A stretch of 63,010 nt of DNA, the filler included. It is 3 parts of 3 records of this genome, joined end to end, with 100 filler letters (N's around TTAATTAATTAA, not from the genome) between each part and the next. Parts side by side here need not be neighbours in the genome. Positions count along the whole stretch, not along the records: positions 49,052 to 63,010 come from SRR31156797_2787; 2 more parts are not named here. The stretch is one strand, 5' to 3'. Made by a program: the position numbers and the translations under genes. Positions 61,950 through 63,010 of this stretch are shown piece after piece. Numbering within the stretch: the first letter of the stretch is position 1; each line of letters starts with the position of its first letter. Below the pieces are notes generated by a model. The model saw only the letters and a list, made by a program, of their open reading frames with translations, was not told the DNA's origin and searched no databases.

Positions 61950-63010
61950 TCATACCAATTTCCTCAAATCCGTGTGCATTTTTTTAAAAACCCATTTTTC
62001 GAGTATTTCGAAAACAAGCTCTCTTTTGATCGGTTTTGTGATATAATCATCCATACCGGCTTCAAGACACTTTTCCCTGTCTCCTTTCATGGCATGGGCA
62101 GTCATGGCAATGATCGGTATGGTGTCAAATCCGTTCTCCCTGATGGCCCTGGTTGCTTCCAGTCCGTCCATCCCCGGCATCTGAACATCCATAAATATTA
62201 AGTCGAAATCCTTCGGTGATGCCATGTATCTTAAAACCGCCTCTTTGCCGTTATCGGCAACCTTCACCTGATAACCGGCTTTGGTGAGCATTATCTTTGC
62301 CAGCTTTTGATTGACAGGGTTATCCTCGGCCAAAAGTATACAAATTGAGTGTTTTGCCTCTTCCAGAAGGGAATATTGGGTGATGATCCTTTTTCTCATG
62401 CCTTCAGTGCATTGATGTTTGGCCTTAACCTCCCCGATCAATCTCCCCACCATTTGAAATAGCTTCTCCCTTTGAATCGGTTTGCTCAAAAACCCGTCGA
62501 AGCCGACCTCTTTACACAATTTGGCATCACGTTCCATGAGGGAAGAAAGGGCAATCATGGGGAGATCTCTAATGGGCGTTTTATGGTCGCGAACCCTTTT
62601 TGCCACCTCATACCCATTTATAACCGGCATTTGGATATCACTGATGCACAGGTCGAAGGGGTTTCCGGTTTCCAGTGTCTCGTTGAGAATGGGCACAACA
62701 TCTTCACCATTTCTTGCGGCAACCACTTCCATGCCCGCGGATACTAAAATATGAGTCAATATCTCCAAATTCCTCAGATTATCATCAACAATAAGAATCT
62801 TCCTGCCTCGGAGAGTCAGAGGCTTCAGTTTTCCCGAAGACTCCAACTTTTCTGTTTTTCCGAGCCATGAGGTAAAATGAAAAATACTACCCGTATGAAC
62901 CTCGCTTTCAACCCAAATGTCACCGTCCATGAGATGGGATATCTGCTTACATATGGGGAGGCCCAAACCGGTACCACCATACTTTCGGGTCATTGAACCG
63001 TCAGCCTGCC
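61950..63010 (-). CDS. Hybrid sensor histidine kinase, 3' part (end of HATPase plus two receiver domains)
   Basis: TRKYGGTGLGL G2 box; receivers LIVDDN...DIQMP...KP and LLAEDN...MDVQMP...KP. Confidence 0.93.
   Translation of the reverse strand, partial: QADGSMTRKYGGTGLGLPICKQISHLMDGDIWVESEVHTGSIFHFTSWLGKTEKLESSGKLKPLTLRGRKILIVDDNLRNLEILTHILVSAGMEVVAARNGEDVVPILNETLETGNPFDLCISDIQMPVINGYEVAKRVRDHKTPIRDLPMIALSSLMERDAKLCKEVGFDGFLSKPIQREKLFQMVGRLIGEVKAKHQCTEGMRKRIITQYSLLEEAKHSICILLAEDNPVNQKLAKIMLTKAGYQVKVADNGKEAVLRYMASPKDFDLIFMDVQMPGMDGLEATRAIRENGFDTIPIIAMTAHAMKGDREKCLEAGMDDYITKPIKRELVFEILEKWVFKKMHTDLRKLV

Overview
The window is not one locus. It is three contigs joined by two artificial 100-nt spacers (N44-TTAATTAATTAA-N44 at 24815-24914 and 48952-49051). 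Contig A (1-24814) is very AT-rich and its RecA N-terminus looks Arcobacteraceae/Campylobacterota-like. It holds the 5' end of recA and a ~24 kb glycosylation island: pseBCFGHI (pseudaminic acid), a GT41-like transferase, a second amino-sugar branch (dehydratase, DegT aminotransferase, WbqC, formyltransferase, AsnB-like amidotransferase), and homologs of all four Campylobacter O-methyl phosphoramidate precursor enzymes (Cj1415-Cj1418) with methyltransferases and an alkaline-phosphatase-superfamily protein. Contig B (24915-48951) is GC-richer and Desulfobacterota-like. It holds mtnA, tilS, UDP-xylose synthesis genes, glpK and waaA, then a cell-surface island: LpxB-like enzyme, IPTL-CTERM protein, GT4, GT9, a 1321-aa LamG/FN3 protein, a 67-aa peptide with twin-arginine and YxxPxL motifs, a GT39-like transferase and a nucleotidyltransferase. 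Contig C (49052-63010) is also Desulfobacterota-like: ahbC, pyk, a TauE-family pair, then two tandem genes that each appear to read through an in-frame UGA followed by a SECIS-like hairpin (a C-terminal CVGGTU tail and a DUGSC motif), a radical SAM enzyme, a NYN protein, a PHP phosphatase, cytochrome c3, decayed genes, two toxin-antitoxin pairs, REP-like palindromes and part of a hybrid kinase. The best candidates for something new are the tandem selenoprotein operon, the Tat/RRE-motif peptide locus and the phosphoramidate pathway coupled to pseudaminic acid genes. All family assignments come from motif recognition by eye; no database searches were run.
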